A stretch of 64,000 bases of DNA from Mobula hypostoma (Eukaryota): NCBI RefSeq assembly GCF_963921235.1, contig NC_086097.1:232874001-232938000 (forward strand), in the 5' to 3' direction. The notes beneath the pieces were generated by a model. It was not told the DNA's origin and did not search any database. It was given only the letters and a program-made list of their open reading frames with translations. Positions 50,905 through 63,197 of the stretch are shown here, piece by piece. A program made the translations under genes and the position numbers. The first letter of the stretch is position 1, and the number at the start of each line of letters is the position of its first letter.

Positions 50905-52815
50905 CTCCGCCATTCAATCGTGGGCTGATCCAATCCTTCCAGTCATTCCCACTCCGCTGCCATCTCCCCATACCCCTTGATGCCCTGGCTAATCAAGAAC
51001 CTATCTATCTCTGCCTTCAATGCACCCAATGACTTGACCTCCACAGTCGCTCGTGGCAACAAATTCCACAGATTTACCACCCCCTGACTAAAGTAATTTC
51101 TCCGCATCTCTGTTCTAAATGGAAGTCCTTCAATCCTGAAGTCATGCCCTCTTGTCCTAGACTCCCCTACCATGGGAAATAACTTTGCCATATCTAATCT
51201 GTTCAGGCCTTTTAACATTCAGAATGTTTCTATGAGTCCCTCCTCGCCCCCATTCTCCTGAACTCCAGGGAATACAGCCCAAGAGCTGCCAGACGTTCCT
51301 CATACTTGCATTCCTGGAATCATTCCTGTGAATCTTCTCTGAACCCTCTCCAATGTCAGTATATCCTTTCTAAAACAAGGAGCCCAAAACTGCACACAAT
51401 ACTCCAAAGTGTTGGGGGTTTCACGAGTTCCTTATAGAGCATCAACATCACATCCCTGCTCTCATATTCTATACCTCCAGCAATGAATGCCAACATTGCA
51501 TTTGCCTTCTTCACCACCAACTCAACCTGGAAGTTAACCTTTAGGGTATCCTGCACAAGGACTCCCAAGTCCCTTTGCATCTCTGCATTTTGACTTCTCT
51601 CCCCATCTAAGTAATAGTCTGCCTGTTTATTTCTTCCACCAAAGTGTATGACCATACACTTTCCAACATTGCATTTCATTTGCCACTTCTTTGTCCATTC
51701 CCCTAAACTATCTAAGTCTCTCTGCAGGCTCTCTGTTTCCTCAACACTACCATCTCCTCCACCTATCTTTGTATTATCAGCAAATTTAGCCACAAATCCA
51801 TTAATACCATAGTCCACATCATTGGCATACATCATAAAAAGCAGCTGTCCCAACAGCGACCCCTGTGGAACTCCACTGGTATCCGGCAGGCAGCCTGAAT
51901 AGGATCCCTTTATTCCCACTCTCATGCCAATCAGCCAATGCTCCACCCATGCTAGTGACTTCCCTGTAATTCCATGGGCTCTTATCTTGCTAAGCAGCCT
52001 CATGTGCAGCACCTTGTCAAAGGCCTGCTGAAAATCCAAGTACACCATATCTACTACATCTCCTTTGTCTACCCTGCTTGTAATTTCCTCAAAAAATTGC
52101 AGTAGGTTAGTCAGCCAGGATTTTCCTTTCAGGAAACCATGTTGGCTTTGGCCTATCTTGTCAATGTGCCTCCAGGTACTCCGTAATCTCATCCCTAACA
52201 ATCGATTTCAACAACTTCCCAACCACTGATGTCAGGCTAACAGGTCTATAGTTTCCATTCTGCTGCCTCCCACCCTTCTTAAAAAGCGGGGTTACATTTG
52301 CATTTTTCCAGTCACCCGGTACAATGCCAGAATCTGTCGACTCTTGAAGGATCATTGTTAATGTCTCTGCAATCTCTCCAGCTACTTCCTTCAGAACCCA
52401 AGGGTGCATTCCATCAGGTCCAGGAGATTTATCTACCCTCAGATCATTAAGGTTTCTGAGCAACTTCTCAGTTGCAATTTTCACTGCACAAACTTCACTT
52501 CCCCAATACTCTTGAATGTTTGCTATACTGCTGATGTCTTCCACTGTGAAGAATGATACAAAATATGTATTCAGTTTCTCTGCCATCTCTGCTTTTCTCA
52601 TTACAATATCTCCAGCATCATTTGCTGTTGGTCCTATATTTACCCTCAACTCTCTTTTACCCTTTATATACTTAAAAAGCTTTTAGTATCTTCTTTGATA
52701 TTAGTCAACAGCTTCCTTTCATAATTCATCTTTTCCTTCCTAATGACCTTCTTAGTTCCTTCTGCAAGTTTTTAAAAGCTTCCCAATTCTCTATCTTCCA
52801 ACTAGCTTTGGCTTC
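50905..52815 (-). mobile_element. CR1 ORF2 remnant
   Basis: KSPGPDG, YRPVSLTS, QHGF, GVPQGSLLG, FADN; frameshifts. Confidence 0.9.
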
Positions 52816-52819
52816 CTTC

Positions 52820-53036
52820 CTTGTGATTAGGAAAGAGGAGTTAGAATGCACGGTAATTATGGGAAAGGTTGAAGGGAAGAAAGCAAGAGGAAGACAAAGA
52901 CAAATGATGATGGAGACAGCAGCCAAAGAACTGGAAATGAATACCAATGAATTGATCCATTTGACCCGAAACAGGAGTGTGTGGGCCATGGCAGTCAAAG
53001 CTCAAACTGGGCACGGCGCCTGAAGATGATGATGAT
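52820..53036 (+). mobile_element. RTE-clade LINE 3' end
   Basis: IMGKVEGKKARGRQR...RNRSVW motif; stop followed by (gat)n tail. Confidence 0.75.
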
Positions 53037-53166
53037 ACAGGCCTCCAAACAGCAGCCGAGATGTGGATTACAAATTATAGCAAGAGATAGTAAAGGTGTG
53101 TCAGAAGGGCAATGTCATGACAATCATTGGGATTTTAACAAGAAAGTTGAAGGCTGAATAGCCTTG

Positions 53167-53791
53167 AGATTTAGATTTAGATTATGAGGACAAGCAGTCC
53201 TCTTTCATTGTCATTCAGTAATGCATGCATTAAGAAATGATACAATATTCCTCCAGTGTGATATCACAAAGCACAGGACAGACCAAGACTGAAAAACTAA
53301 CAAGAACCACATAATTATAACATATAGTTACAACAGTGCAACAATTCCATAACTTGATGAAGAACAGACCATGGCACAGCAAAAAAGTTCAAAATCTCTC
53401 AAAAGTCACACATCTCACACAGATGGGAGAAGGAAGAAAACTCTCCCTGCCATGCCCGACCACAGTCTGACTCTGAGTCGTCCGAAAACTTTGAGCTCCG
53501 ATCAGCCCTCTGACACTGAGTACCGAGCACCATCTCCGCCGAACGCTTCGACCCCAGCCTTGGTAGCCAGCAGTAGGCAAAGCCAGGGATTTTGGGGCCT
53601 TCCCTCCGGAGATTCTCAATCGCACAGTAGCAGCGGCAGCGAACTGGGCATTTCAGAAATTTCTCCAGTTGTTCCTCTGTGCTTCTCACGTCTGTCTCCA
53701 TCAAATCAGAATTGTCCATGGCCCCTATTTAACAGATACGATATCATTTCACCGGAGAGCTGCACGCGCTGCGTCGCGCCATCTTCTCCTC
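53167..53791 (-). mobile_element. Apparently complete ~620-bp non-coding retroposon
   Basis: 5' AAGATGGCG in a CpG-rich head; 3' GAGGAC/GUCCUC hairpin and (tctaaa)n tail; second copy at 6413-6810. Confidence 0.7.
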
Positions 53792-53795
53792 CCGC

Positions 53796-54143
53796 CTACC
53801 AATGCGATGAAATCTCTCTCTCCTTTTTCTCCCTCTGTCCCTCTCACTATACTCCTTGCTCATCCTCTGGGCTTCACCCCTCCCCCTTTCTTTCTCCCTA
53901 GGCCTCCCGTCTCATGATCCTCTCGTATCCCTTTTGCCAATCAACGGTCCAGCTCTTGGCTCCATCCCTCCCCCTCCTGTCTTCTCCTATCATTTTGGAT
54001 CGCCTCCTCTCCCTCCCACTTTCAAATCTCTTACTAACTCTTCCTTCAGTTAGTCCTGACGAAGGGTCTCGGCCCGAAATCTCGACTGTACCTCTTCCTA
54101 GAGATGCTGCCTGGCCTGCTGCGTTCACCAGCAACTTTGATGT
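53796..54143 (+). mobile_element. Young PLE 3' fragment with hammerhead motif (54051-54088)
   Basis: UAGUC CUGACGA agggucucggccc GAAA U CUC GACUG; stem III altered. Confidence 0.85.
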
Positions 54144-56340
54144 CAAAAAGGTACTAGACAGTGCCACAGTGTTGAAGGATGGCATGAGAAAACTCAAACA
54201 TATCCTGGGTAAAATAGTGTTAAATTAAAATGCTGCACCCAAGTTTTACAAAACCCGTCTGGTTTCTTATACTGTCCATGATAAAGCAGCCAGTGAGCTA
54301 GATCACATGAAGGCTGAAGCAATTCTTTCCAAGACTGAATGGAGCCACGGGCAATGCCTGTGGTCCCAGTGGCCAAGAAGAATGGGACTGTCAGGGTCTG
54401 TGGTGATTTTACCATTAACTCAGGACTGAAAGTCGATCAATACCCTTCAGAAAAGTGAACTTAGTTGAGGCCTACCTACAGATGGAGATGGAAGAAGAGT
54501 CCAAAGTGTTTCCAACCATAAGCACTCATGAGGGGATTTATCACTGTACAGGCATATTTATGGAGAGGGATCAGCACCTGCTCTCTGACAGAAATGGACC
54601 AGGTACCGCAAGACTGCCCAGGCACTCTGGGTTACCTGAATGCCATCATTGTTATCAGTGAGGATGACAAGGAACATCTCCAAATCTCAAGACAGTGTTA
54701 TAAAGATTAGAAGGTTATGGTTTCAGAGCACAATGCAGCAAGTGTGAATTCTTTAAATCAAGAATCACTTACTGTGGATACACCATTGATGCACAAAAAT
54801 TACGCAGGCATGCTGACAAAATTCTAGCAGTAGTGAATGCCCCAAGGCCAAAGGAAGTGTCAGAGTTGTGGTCCTTTTTAGGATTTGTCAATTACTATAA
54901 CAGGTTCCTGCCAAACCTGGCTACCGTGCTGTACCCCTTGAACTCATTACTGCAGATTAGGAAGAATTGGCAATGGACAAAGCAGTGTGCGGTGGCTTTT
55001 GAAAAGGCAAAGTAAATTGTGATGTCAGACACTTTACTCACTAATTATGTTCCACATCGCTAGTCTGTGATGCCTTGCCTTATGGTATAGATGAAGTCAT
55101 GTCACATGCTATGACTGATGGAAGTGAATGCCACATAGCGTTTGCATCACATTCCTTTACTGCTGCTGAGAAAAATTACACACAGATTTTCAGAAAAATA
55201 ATGAGTCTGATTTGGGGTGTGAAACGTTTCAACCAGTATTTGTATGGTAGACAGTTTACTCTCATTACCTATCATCAACTACTAGTGTCCATTTTCAATC
55301 CACAGAAGGGTGTTCCACTAACAGCAGCAGCATGAATACAGAGATGGGCTCTGCTTCTTGGAGGAACCATTATAAGGTCGAATTCAAGAGGACAACTAAT
55401 GATGGAAATGTTGATGGATTGTCCTGTTTACCCTTGAAAATGCCTAAAAAATTTACAAAAGAGATCACTCCTCTTGATGTATTCTTCCTAAAATGAAAAT
55501 GGTGGCATCTGTTAGTCTTGTGAGACCGTGGATCTGCGCCTGGAAAGTCTTGCTTCAGTCTGTGTTAGAGCAGCATCTGTTGTGGCTGTGGAGGCCCACA
55601 CGAGAGTGATATTCTCGGCTGCATCGACTGCACTTGAAGGTGCTGTCCTCCGGTATTATCTTGGTGCTGTTTTTCCGACGAGTGCGCTTTTCTTCAGCAG
55701 CAAGCCTCAGCTTCTCTTCTCCTCTTTTTAGACCTCTGCATAGTTCCAGCCTCCAGAGACAGCTTGCGATGTCTTCCCACCTCTTGACGCTCATCTTCAG
55801 TGACTTCATGTGTCTCTTGCAAACATCTTTGAAACAAAGATGGGGCTGCCCTTGTGCTCTCATGCCGGAGGCCAGTTCCCCGTACAGCAGGTCTTTCGGA
55901 TCCTCTCGTCCTAAATAAGGAGTCCTTAGGACACTGCATGTCCTAAAGTGGATGTCTCCTTATTACGGCAGAGACGATCGAAAAGGAAAACAGTAAAGAC
56001 ACCACACTGTTTCAAGCTGACATGGCAACCCAGAATGGCTGGAATGTGCAGTGGAAATTCCAGTTCCCCCATTTTTACCAGTGCCAGGGGTAAATTACAA
56101 GGGTTACTTTAAGTGGGAATTGAGAGATGTTGTACCATCCAAGCTGAGAGCGAAAGTGTAGGAGGAGCTACAAGCCAGTCATCAAGGCACAGTCAAAATG
56201 AAAGCTCAAAGCTTTGTCTGGTGGCATGTGATGAATCAGCAGATTAAGCAGCTTGCCGTGCATTGTTCGGGATGGCAACACATCTGGAAGATGTCAAGAG
56301 CAATGCCTCCCCATCCCCATTGCCCTGGCGGAGGATTAGT
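54144..56340 (+). mobile_element. Degenerate Ty3/Gypsy pol (RT, RNase H, integrase N-terminus)
   Basis: [75 protein letters not shown] order. Confidence 0.85.
55499..55900 (-). mobile_element. RTE LINE 3' end inserted in the Gypsy pol
   Basis: LLYGEL..G.R..G.P...FKDVCKRHMK and C-terminal zinc finger FKCSRCSREYHSRVGLHSHNRCC. Confidence 0.8.
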
Positions 56341-57149
56341 TACATAACATTACAGCTGGGAATTGAACCACAAATGCAATTGCTAGCTCCATAAAGCATT
56401 ACGGTAACTGCTATGCCACTGTGTCACGTCCAGCTAGTACAGGAATGTGGTGCTGAAGTAAATGATTAACTGTGATCTTCTGAATGGTGAGACAGATACA
56501 AGGAGCCAAATGGCTGACTCCTACTTATATTTCTTAAGCCCAAAGAATGCAGAAAAATAAATTCTTCTGATAATAGTTTTAAATACAAGTCACTGCAAGG
56601 ATAATGTGACTGATAATGAGAGAAAAAAAACATTGCCTTCACTTACAACATCACTTTATCGTGAAGTATCACATTATTCTCTTCACAAAAGCACAAATTA
56701 AAAACAACCTGAGAAGGCGCACTGTAATTAACAGTTATAGAGTGAATCCATATGCAAAGCTTCCAAAAATAAACCAATCACGTGAGTGTACTCCGTTAGA
56801 AATACCCTTCACTTGCCTTTGTCTGTCCTCGGCTCTTTACAAAATGCTTCCTCATTGGTTGCAATATGTGAAGTGCCGAGCTGTTGAGTTGCAAATGAGG
56901 AGCCTGAACAAGGCCAGAGGCTTGTGGGGGCTGCCGTAGTTCTGGCTGGATGGTTGACGAGCAGTGGTAAAGGTGCTGGCAGAACACCAAGGGCACGAGT
57001 ACATCCACTTTTCACAAAGTACCAAACTCTGAGTTCCAACAAACTGCTACTTCTCTCCTTGGTTAGCGCTGAGCCGTCCTCCTGCCATTTTGGTGAAGAG
57101 GTTGATAGATCCTTGTAACACACTTTGGCAGCTACTTTCATTAGTGAAG

Positions 57150-57460
57150 ACTCGATTAGCTTTATTTGTCAAAGGTACATTGAAACATACAGCGAAATGC
57201 ATTCTTTGCATCAACAACCAGCGCAGTCTGAGACATGCTGGGGTAACCTGCAAGTTTCGCCATACTTCCAGCATCAACATAGCCTGCCCACAACTTGCTA
57301 ACCCTAACCCGTATGTCTTTGGAATGGGGAAGGATCTGGAGCACCCGGAGGAAACACGTGCGGTTACGCTGAGTATGTACAGTCTCCTGACAGCATGAGT
57401 TGAACCCTGGTCATCCAACTAGTGCTGTAAAGCGTTACGCTAAACATTATACTATAACCC
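57150..57460 (-). mobile_element. tRNA-headed SINE
   Basis: Minus-strand A-box-like gtttagcgtaacgcttta, B-box-like gggttcaactc, V-domain; another SINE at ~57910-58125. Confidence 0.65.
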
Positions 57461-58339
57461 ACCCAAGCCATGACGATGGGGTCTCAGTTAGCACCAATGT
57501 CTATCCTTTCATGATAATGTTCATCCTTTGGCAGCTGTATTGCTGTCATTGGAGCAGTAATGTAGCCTTGTGGGGGATTGCACAGATGTGGTGATGAAGG
57601 TGACCACCTATTCTGTATTGGAAAGGCTGAGCTTCACTTCCTGCACAAAGCCCTGTGATAAAGTCAACTAACCCAGTGCGGGATTTTTGGGTGGTTTCCA
57701 GCATCGGTAGTATTTTGTTAAGGGTATCAATTCATTTTCTTCTTTAGGCAGGCCCAATTCTCTTCTTTAAAAATAGCACATGACATTAAGAACCATTTTG
57801 CACTTGAAGCAACCAGCTCACTCTTGGGTTCCCAACTAGGGGGTCGATGGACCATTCAGTTGACAGTAGGGTCTATGGTATAGAAAAGGTTGGGAGCATC
57901 ATGACCATTTTTATTTATTTTGAGATACAGCACGGTAAAAGGTCCATCTGGCCCAACAAGCTTGATCCACCCAATTACACCCATGTGACCAATTCAGAGC
58001 AATTGAAGGAAGCCCACATGGTCATGAGGAGAGAGTACAAACTCCTTACAGACAACAGTAGGAATTGAACCCAGGTTGCTGGCACTGTATTTTTGTTACA
58101 CTAACCCCTAAACTACTGTGTCACCAACAATTTTGATCACTAACTGGATACTTAACTGAATTTTCATTTGTTCTAATTATGCTCCTTGTTGTAAACGAAC
58201 TGTATAACCTGCGTACAATTATGTTTTTTTCTTGTGAATGCTGCTTATATGATGCTTGTTGCTGCTGCAAGTACTCATAAGTTTTTCATGCATCTGTGGA
58301 TATAAAGAGCTTGGGGCCTTTCAGGAAATGTTAGTGGGC

Positions 58340-59630
58340 TGCTATTATTGCAAAGCATCAGTTGCTGGTGAGTCTACATGAGGTTTAAAAAGAGCTCGAG
58401 GGCTTTAGAAACTTTTTGGTGGACAGCTACTGTCGTGAGAGGACGTTCGTTGGTGAGGCTGTGCATGGTTTAAAAGGAGCACGGGGACTTCTGCATCTTT
58501 TCAGTGGAATGCAATCATCACGATCTTTTAGGTACTTGGTGGGGGCCAGTAAAAAGAAGGGAGGTGTAAGCAGAGCTGCTTTGTTTCAGTGGTCCAGTGT
58601 TGGAGCGGTCGGGCTTTGGCTCAACAGTCTTGGGTGAGAACAGGTGCAGGCTAGAATTTGAGCTTGAGAGGTTAGTGTTACAGTATAACAAGTGTAAGCA
58701 GGATGGTAGTTACGGCAGGGGAATGCTCCTCCTGTGAGATGTGGGATTTCAGGGTACTTAACCGTCTCTCTGATGACTACATCTGCAGGAGGTGCACTAA
58801 ACTTCAGCTCCTGGCTGACAAGTTCAAAGAACTGGTACAGGTGCTGGATGCTCTCAGGACCATCTGGGAGGATGAAAAGTTCAAAAGTGAGTCCTTTACT
58901 GAGGCAGTCACTCCCAGAGTGCGGACTTCAGGCAGTAACTGGGTGAACACAAGGAGAAGTAAGGGGAGTAAGCAGTCGCTCAGGGCTCCCCTGTGGCCAT
59001 TCCCCTCAGCAACAGGGCACAGCAGCATTAGCCAGGCCAGTGGTACTGTGACTGGCACTGAAGCTCAACAGGGAAGCGTAGAGTCAGGCAGAGAAGTAGT
59101 GATAGGAGTGTCGATCGTTATGGGGAAGGACAGCAGATTCTCTGGCCATAAAGGAGAAGCTAGGATGGTGTGTCCCCTCTCCCCCAGGTGCTAGGGTCCA
59201 GGATGTCTTCGAGTGGCTGCAGAATATTCTCAAGAGGAATATTCAGCCAGACTTTTCAGTGCATGTTGACACCAATGGCATAGGTAGAAAGGAGCAAGAG
59301 GTTCTGCACAGTGAGTGTAGGGAGCCAGGGAAGAGGATGAAGAGAAGGGCATCCAAGGTAGTAATCTCTGGATTACTTCCAGTACCACGTACTAGTCAGG
59401 ACAGGAATAAGAGTGGCTGAGGGATGGTGCAGGGGGGCAGGGTTTCAGAAGATGTAGAAATACAAGGGTAAAAAGACCCTGATGGGTGTTACATACAGGC
59501 TCCTGAGCAGTAGCCGGATGTGGAGTATAAATTTCAATAGGAAATAGAAAAGGCATGTAATAAGGGCAGTATTAAGATAATTATGGGGATTTCAATATGC
59601 AGCTAGATTGGGAAAATCAAGTTGGTGTAA
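58340..59630 (+). mobile_element. CR1 5' region: ORF1 zinc finger, coiled coil and esterase remnant, ORF2 scraps
   Basis: CSSCEMW...YICRRCTKLQLL..FKEL..LDALR; VVIGVSIVMG (degenerate GDS); VVISGLLPVPR. Confidence 0.8.
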
Positions 59631-59854
59631 GGAACAAGCTGAAGTGCCAGGCCAGATTGAAAAGGTCGGGGTGTCAGGGTCAGAGGTTGAGGACCATGTG
59701 TTCAGCTCACTGCATGGTGAGCTTTATTTGTCTCTCTGCTAAACTGGCCTGCAACTAATGGGATCCTGGATTGGTTGTGACTGGCTTTGTGACTGTGAAC
59801 TCACTTTCGTGAACTTCATTTATTTCATGAATGTTATTTGTTTACTTTTATTAT

Positions 59855-60182
59855 CAAGTCAAGTCACTTTTCATTGTCATTTCGACCATAACTGCTGGTA
59901 CAGTACACAGTAAAAACGAGACAACGTTTTTCAGGACCATGGTGCTAAATAAAACAAGACAAAAACTACACTGAACTACGTAAAACAACACAAAAGCTAC
60001 ACTAGACTACAGACGTACCCAGGCCTGCATAAAGTGCACAAAACAGTGCAGGCACTACAATAAATAATAAACAAGACAATAGGCACAGTAGAGGGCAGTA
60101 TGTTGGTGTCAGTCAAGGCTCTGGATATTGAGGAGTCTGGTGACTTGGGGGAAGAAACTGTTACATAGTCTGGTTGTGAGGA
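59855..60182 (-). mobile_element. Rex1/Babar-like 3' end
   Basis: LTTRLCNSFFPQVTRLLN; (gactt)n tail. Confidence 0.7.
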
Positions 60183-61357
60183 TGAATTGTTCCTTTTTTT
60201 TTGCACATTGGGTGTTTGATGGTCTTTTTAAATGGGTTCTATTGGGTTTCTTTGTTTTGCGGCTGCCTGTAAGGAGACAAACCTTAAGATTGTATGTAGT
60301 ATACATACTTTGATAGTAAATGTACTTTGAACTTTGAACTTCTAATCTCCTGAGAAGGAATTTGTAGAATGCCTATGAGACAATGAACTCGACTTTGTCT
60401 TTGACTTTGACCTGTCCCATCCTTTCCTTTGCTCCGTGTCTCGTGGACTAGGGATTGGGTCTCACCACTTGCAGTTCCCAGTTCTAACCTACACTCCAAT
60501 GATGATTCATCTCACTATCAGGCCTGGTGTGAGACTGAATTTTGATCCGTTCTCATTGTCAATCCCTTCTTACACTTCCACCAGTTTCTGGGAAACTGCA
60601 GTTGCTGTGTATATATAGAGACGATAAGACCATAAGAAACAGGAGCAGAATTAGGCCATTCAGTCCATTGAGTCTGCTCTGCCTTTCAATCATGTTTAAT
60701 GTGTTTTCCCTCTTCTTCTGCTGGCTGGTGCAGTCAGCTTAATGAGTGTTAACACACTCAAGAGCGCTCCATTTCCTGTGCTCAGACTGCGAAGCTTAGA
60801 CTGATTTGAAAAACTTTCAATTACTCCTGCAGTCACAATGTGCTTTCTCTTTTACTAGTGCTGGCAGCTTTTAAGTAGCACACGTTCTTGCTGCTCCGCG
60901 CAGCCAATGCACAATGTTGGAAGTTGTACTCTCAGAGAGCGAATGTTGAAAAGACCAGCCAGCATCAATTAATCTCTAGACTGCGATCAAATGAGTGAGC
61001 GTGAGTTAATCACACAACACCATCATCACACTTCATTGCAGGATTTAGCAAAAACTGTGCCCACACCTCTCCCTCCATGGTACTGCTGCCTCTAATCTTG
61101 ACAAGGCTTGTCAAGCTGTTAATTTAAATGGTACTGCTGAGTGCAAGGCACAAAGGATACACAATTTTATTTTTGATTCTATAACCTTCCCTCATGAAAA
61201 TCTGTGAAGTGCCCTCTGTAAAGCCTTCGTATCAAAATTGAAATTGAAATTGCTTTTTCTTTGGAAATGAAATTAGTGATATTTAGAAAATAGGACAGTA
61301 CAGCACAATGCAGGTCCTTCAGCCCATTATGTTGCACCAGCCTTTTAACATGCTGTA

Positions 61358-62720
61358 GTTCAAGGTAAATTTAAAGTAATTTATTATCAAAGTACTTATA
61401 CGTCGCCATAGACTACCCCGAGATTCACTTTCTTGTGTGTATTCACAGTAGAACAAAGAAACACAACAGAATCAATGAAAAGACTGGCAAACAACTAACG
61501 CACATAGATGCTGGAGGAACTCAGCAGGCCCCAGACAAACAAACAGTGTGCAAAAGAAGACAAACTATGCCAATACCTAAAAACTTAATAATAATATTAA
61601 AAAAAACAGAAACAATGCAACGCATTACAGGATCCTGCAGCAGTTTAACTCAATCTGATTACTTACACAGGCACAATCAAGTGGTAAATACCACTCACCA
61701 AAATCTTGCTTTAAAATACAAACTCATAAAAGAAGCCATATATTACAATAAATACAAGGCTGATCCAGTTTTAGAGTCAGAGTCCTACAAATTATATTAC
61801 GACTGATCCGTTATTACACATAGGCCAATCCATAATAGCCATCCGCTACACAGCAATATCTATGCACATCTTCAGAAAGCCACAATACTAAACACAACTA
61901 GGATAGCCTGAAAGTGCCTAACAACTGAGAAGTGAATGTTCTTGGCAATGCCCGTACCTCAGGTTATACCAGCTTGAGCTGAAAAAAAAAGATAGAAAAA
62001 TAAATAAATAATGCTGAGAATTAAGTTGTAGAGTCCTTGAAAGTGAGTCCATAGGTTGTGGAATTAATCCAGAGATGAGGTGAGTGAAGTTATCCATGTT
62101 GGTTCAGGACCCTGATAATTGTAGAGTAATAACTTCCTGAACCTTGTGGTATGGGACTGAAGAATCTTGTACCTCCTTCCCAATAGCAGCAGCGAGAACA
62201 GAACAAGGCCTGGATGGTGATGGATGCTGCTTTCTTGTGGCAGTACTCCTTGTGGATGTGGGAGGACTTTTCCTGTTATGAACTGGGACGTATCTACCAT
62301 GTTTTGTAGGCTTTTCCATTTTTGAGCATTGGATTTTCAGTACCAGGCCATGATGAAACCAGTCAGGATACCCTCCACTGTGCATCAATAGAAGTTTGCC
62401 AGACTTTTATATGACTGACCAAATATGCACAAATTTCTAAGAAAGTAGAGGCAATGCCATGTCTTCTTTGAGAAGGCACTTGTGAGCTAGCCCCAGGAGA
62501 GATCCTCTGACATGATAATGCCCAGGAATTTAAAGTTATTGACTCTCTCCACTCTGATCTTCTTGTGAGGATTGACTCGTGGATCGCCTGGTTTCTTCTT
62601 CCTGTTGACAATAATCAGCTATTTTATTTTTCCTGATGTTGAGTAAAAATTTGTTGATGCTGTGGCATCCTTTAACTGGATTTTCAATCTCCTATCTACA
62701 TACCGATTCATCACCACCTT
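61358..62720 (-). mobile_element. Rex1/Babar-like LINE 3' part, split by an R4/Dong fragment
   Basis: HPGLVLFSLLLLGRRYKILQSHTTRF; RT C-terminal remnants at 62340-62650. Confidence 0.75.
61598..61990 (+). mobile_element. R4/Dong-like 3' fragment
   Basis: ETMQRITGSCSSLTQSDYLHRHNQV; collinear with 14370-14610 and 14845-14990; same ccagcttgagctga end. Confidence 0.85.
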
Positions 62721-63197
62721 TATTTCACCAATAACAACCTAACCCTTCCCTCTACCATAATTCCTTGTAAAGGTGTGATAAGTAAAATCTAACCATAATG
62801 ACACAACATTCTTATATAAATAAAGGAGTTTAATACAGCAAACAGTATTTATTAAGTTTGATTTATATAAAATATCATCCAGATTTAGCTCAGTTATAAC
62901 GGCACTTGAGATGTTGGGGATTAAATTCAATAAAATGTATTCAGCATTATTTTTGAAAATCAAAATATCCGTAGTCTACAGATTTCTGATTGATAGCATC
63001 GCTCGTTGTGGGCAGTGATAGCTGTTTAGATTCAAAGGTAACACCACTGGGCTGAGGTCACAGAAGCAGAAAGACCACTGAGTAATTGTATTTCTCTGGG
63101 GGAATAACTGAATCTCCAGCTAGCTTTATTGTGATGCATTTGTAGATGCCTTGCCAAATGTCAAATCCGTGGGGGATATTGTGACATCATCTCCCAC

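Noticed and set aside
53371..53901. 176-aa Ser/Pro-rich ORF
   Set aside because: Antisense to a repeat, crosses into the adjacent PLE, and has no recognisable domain
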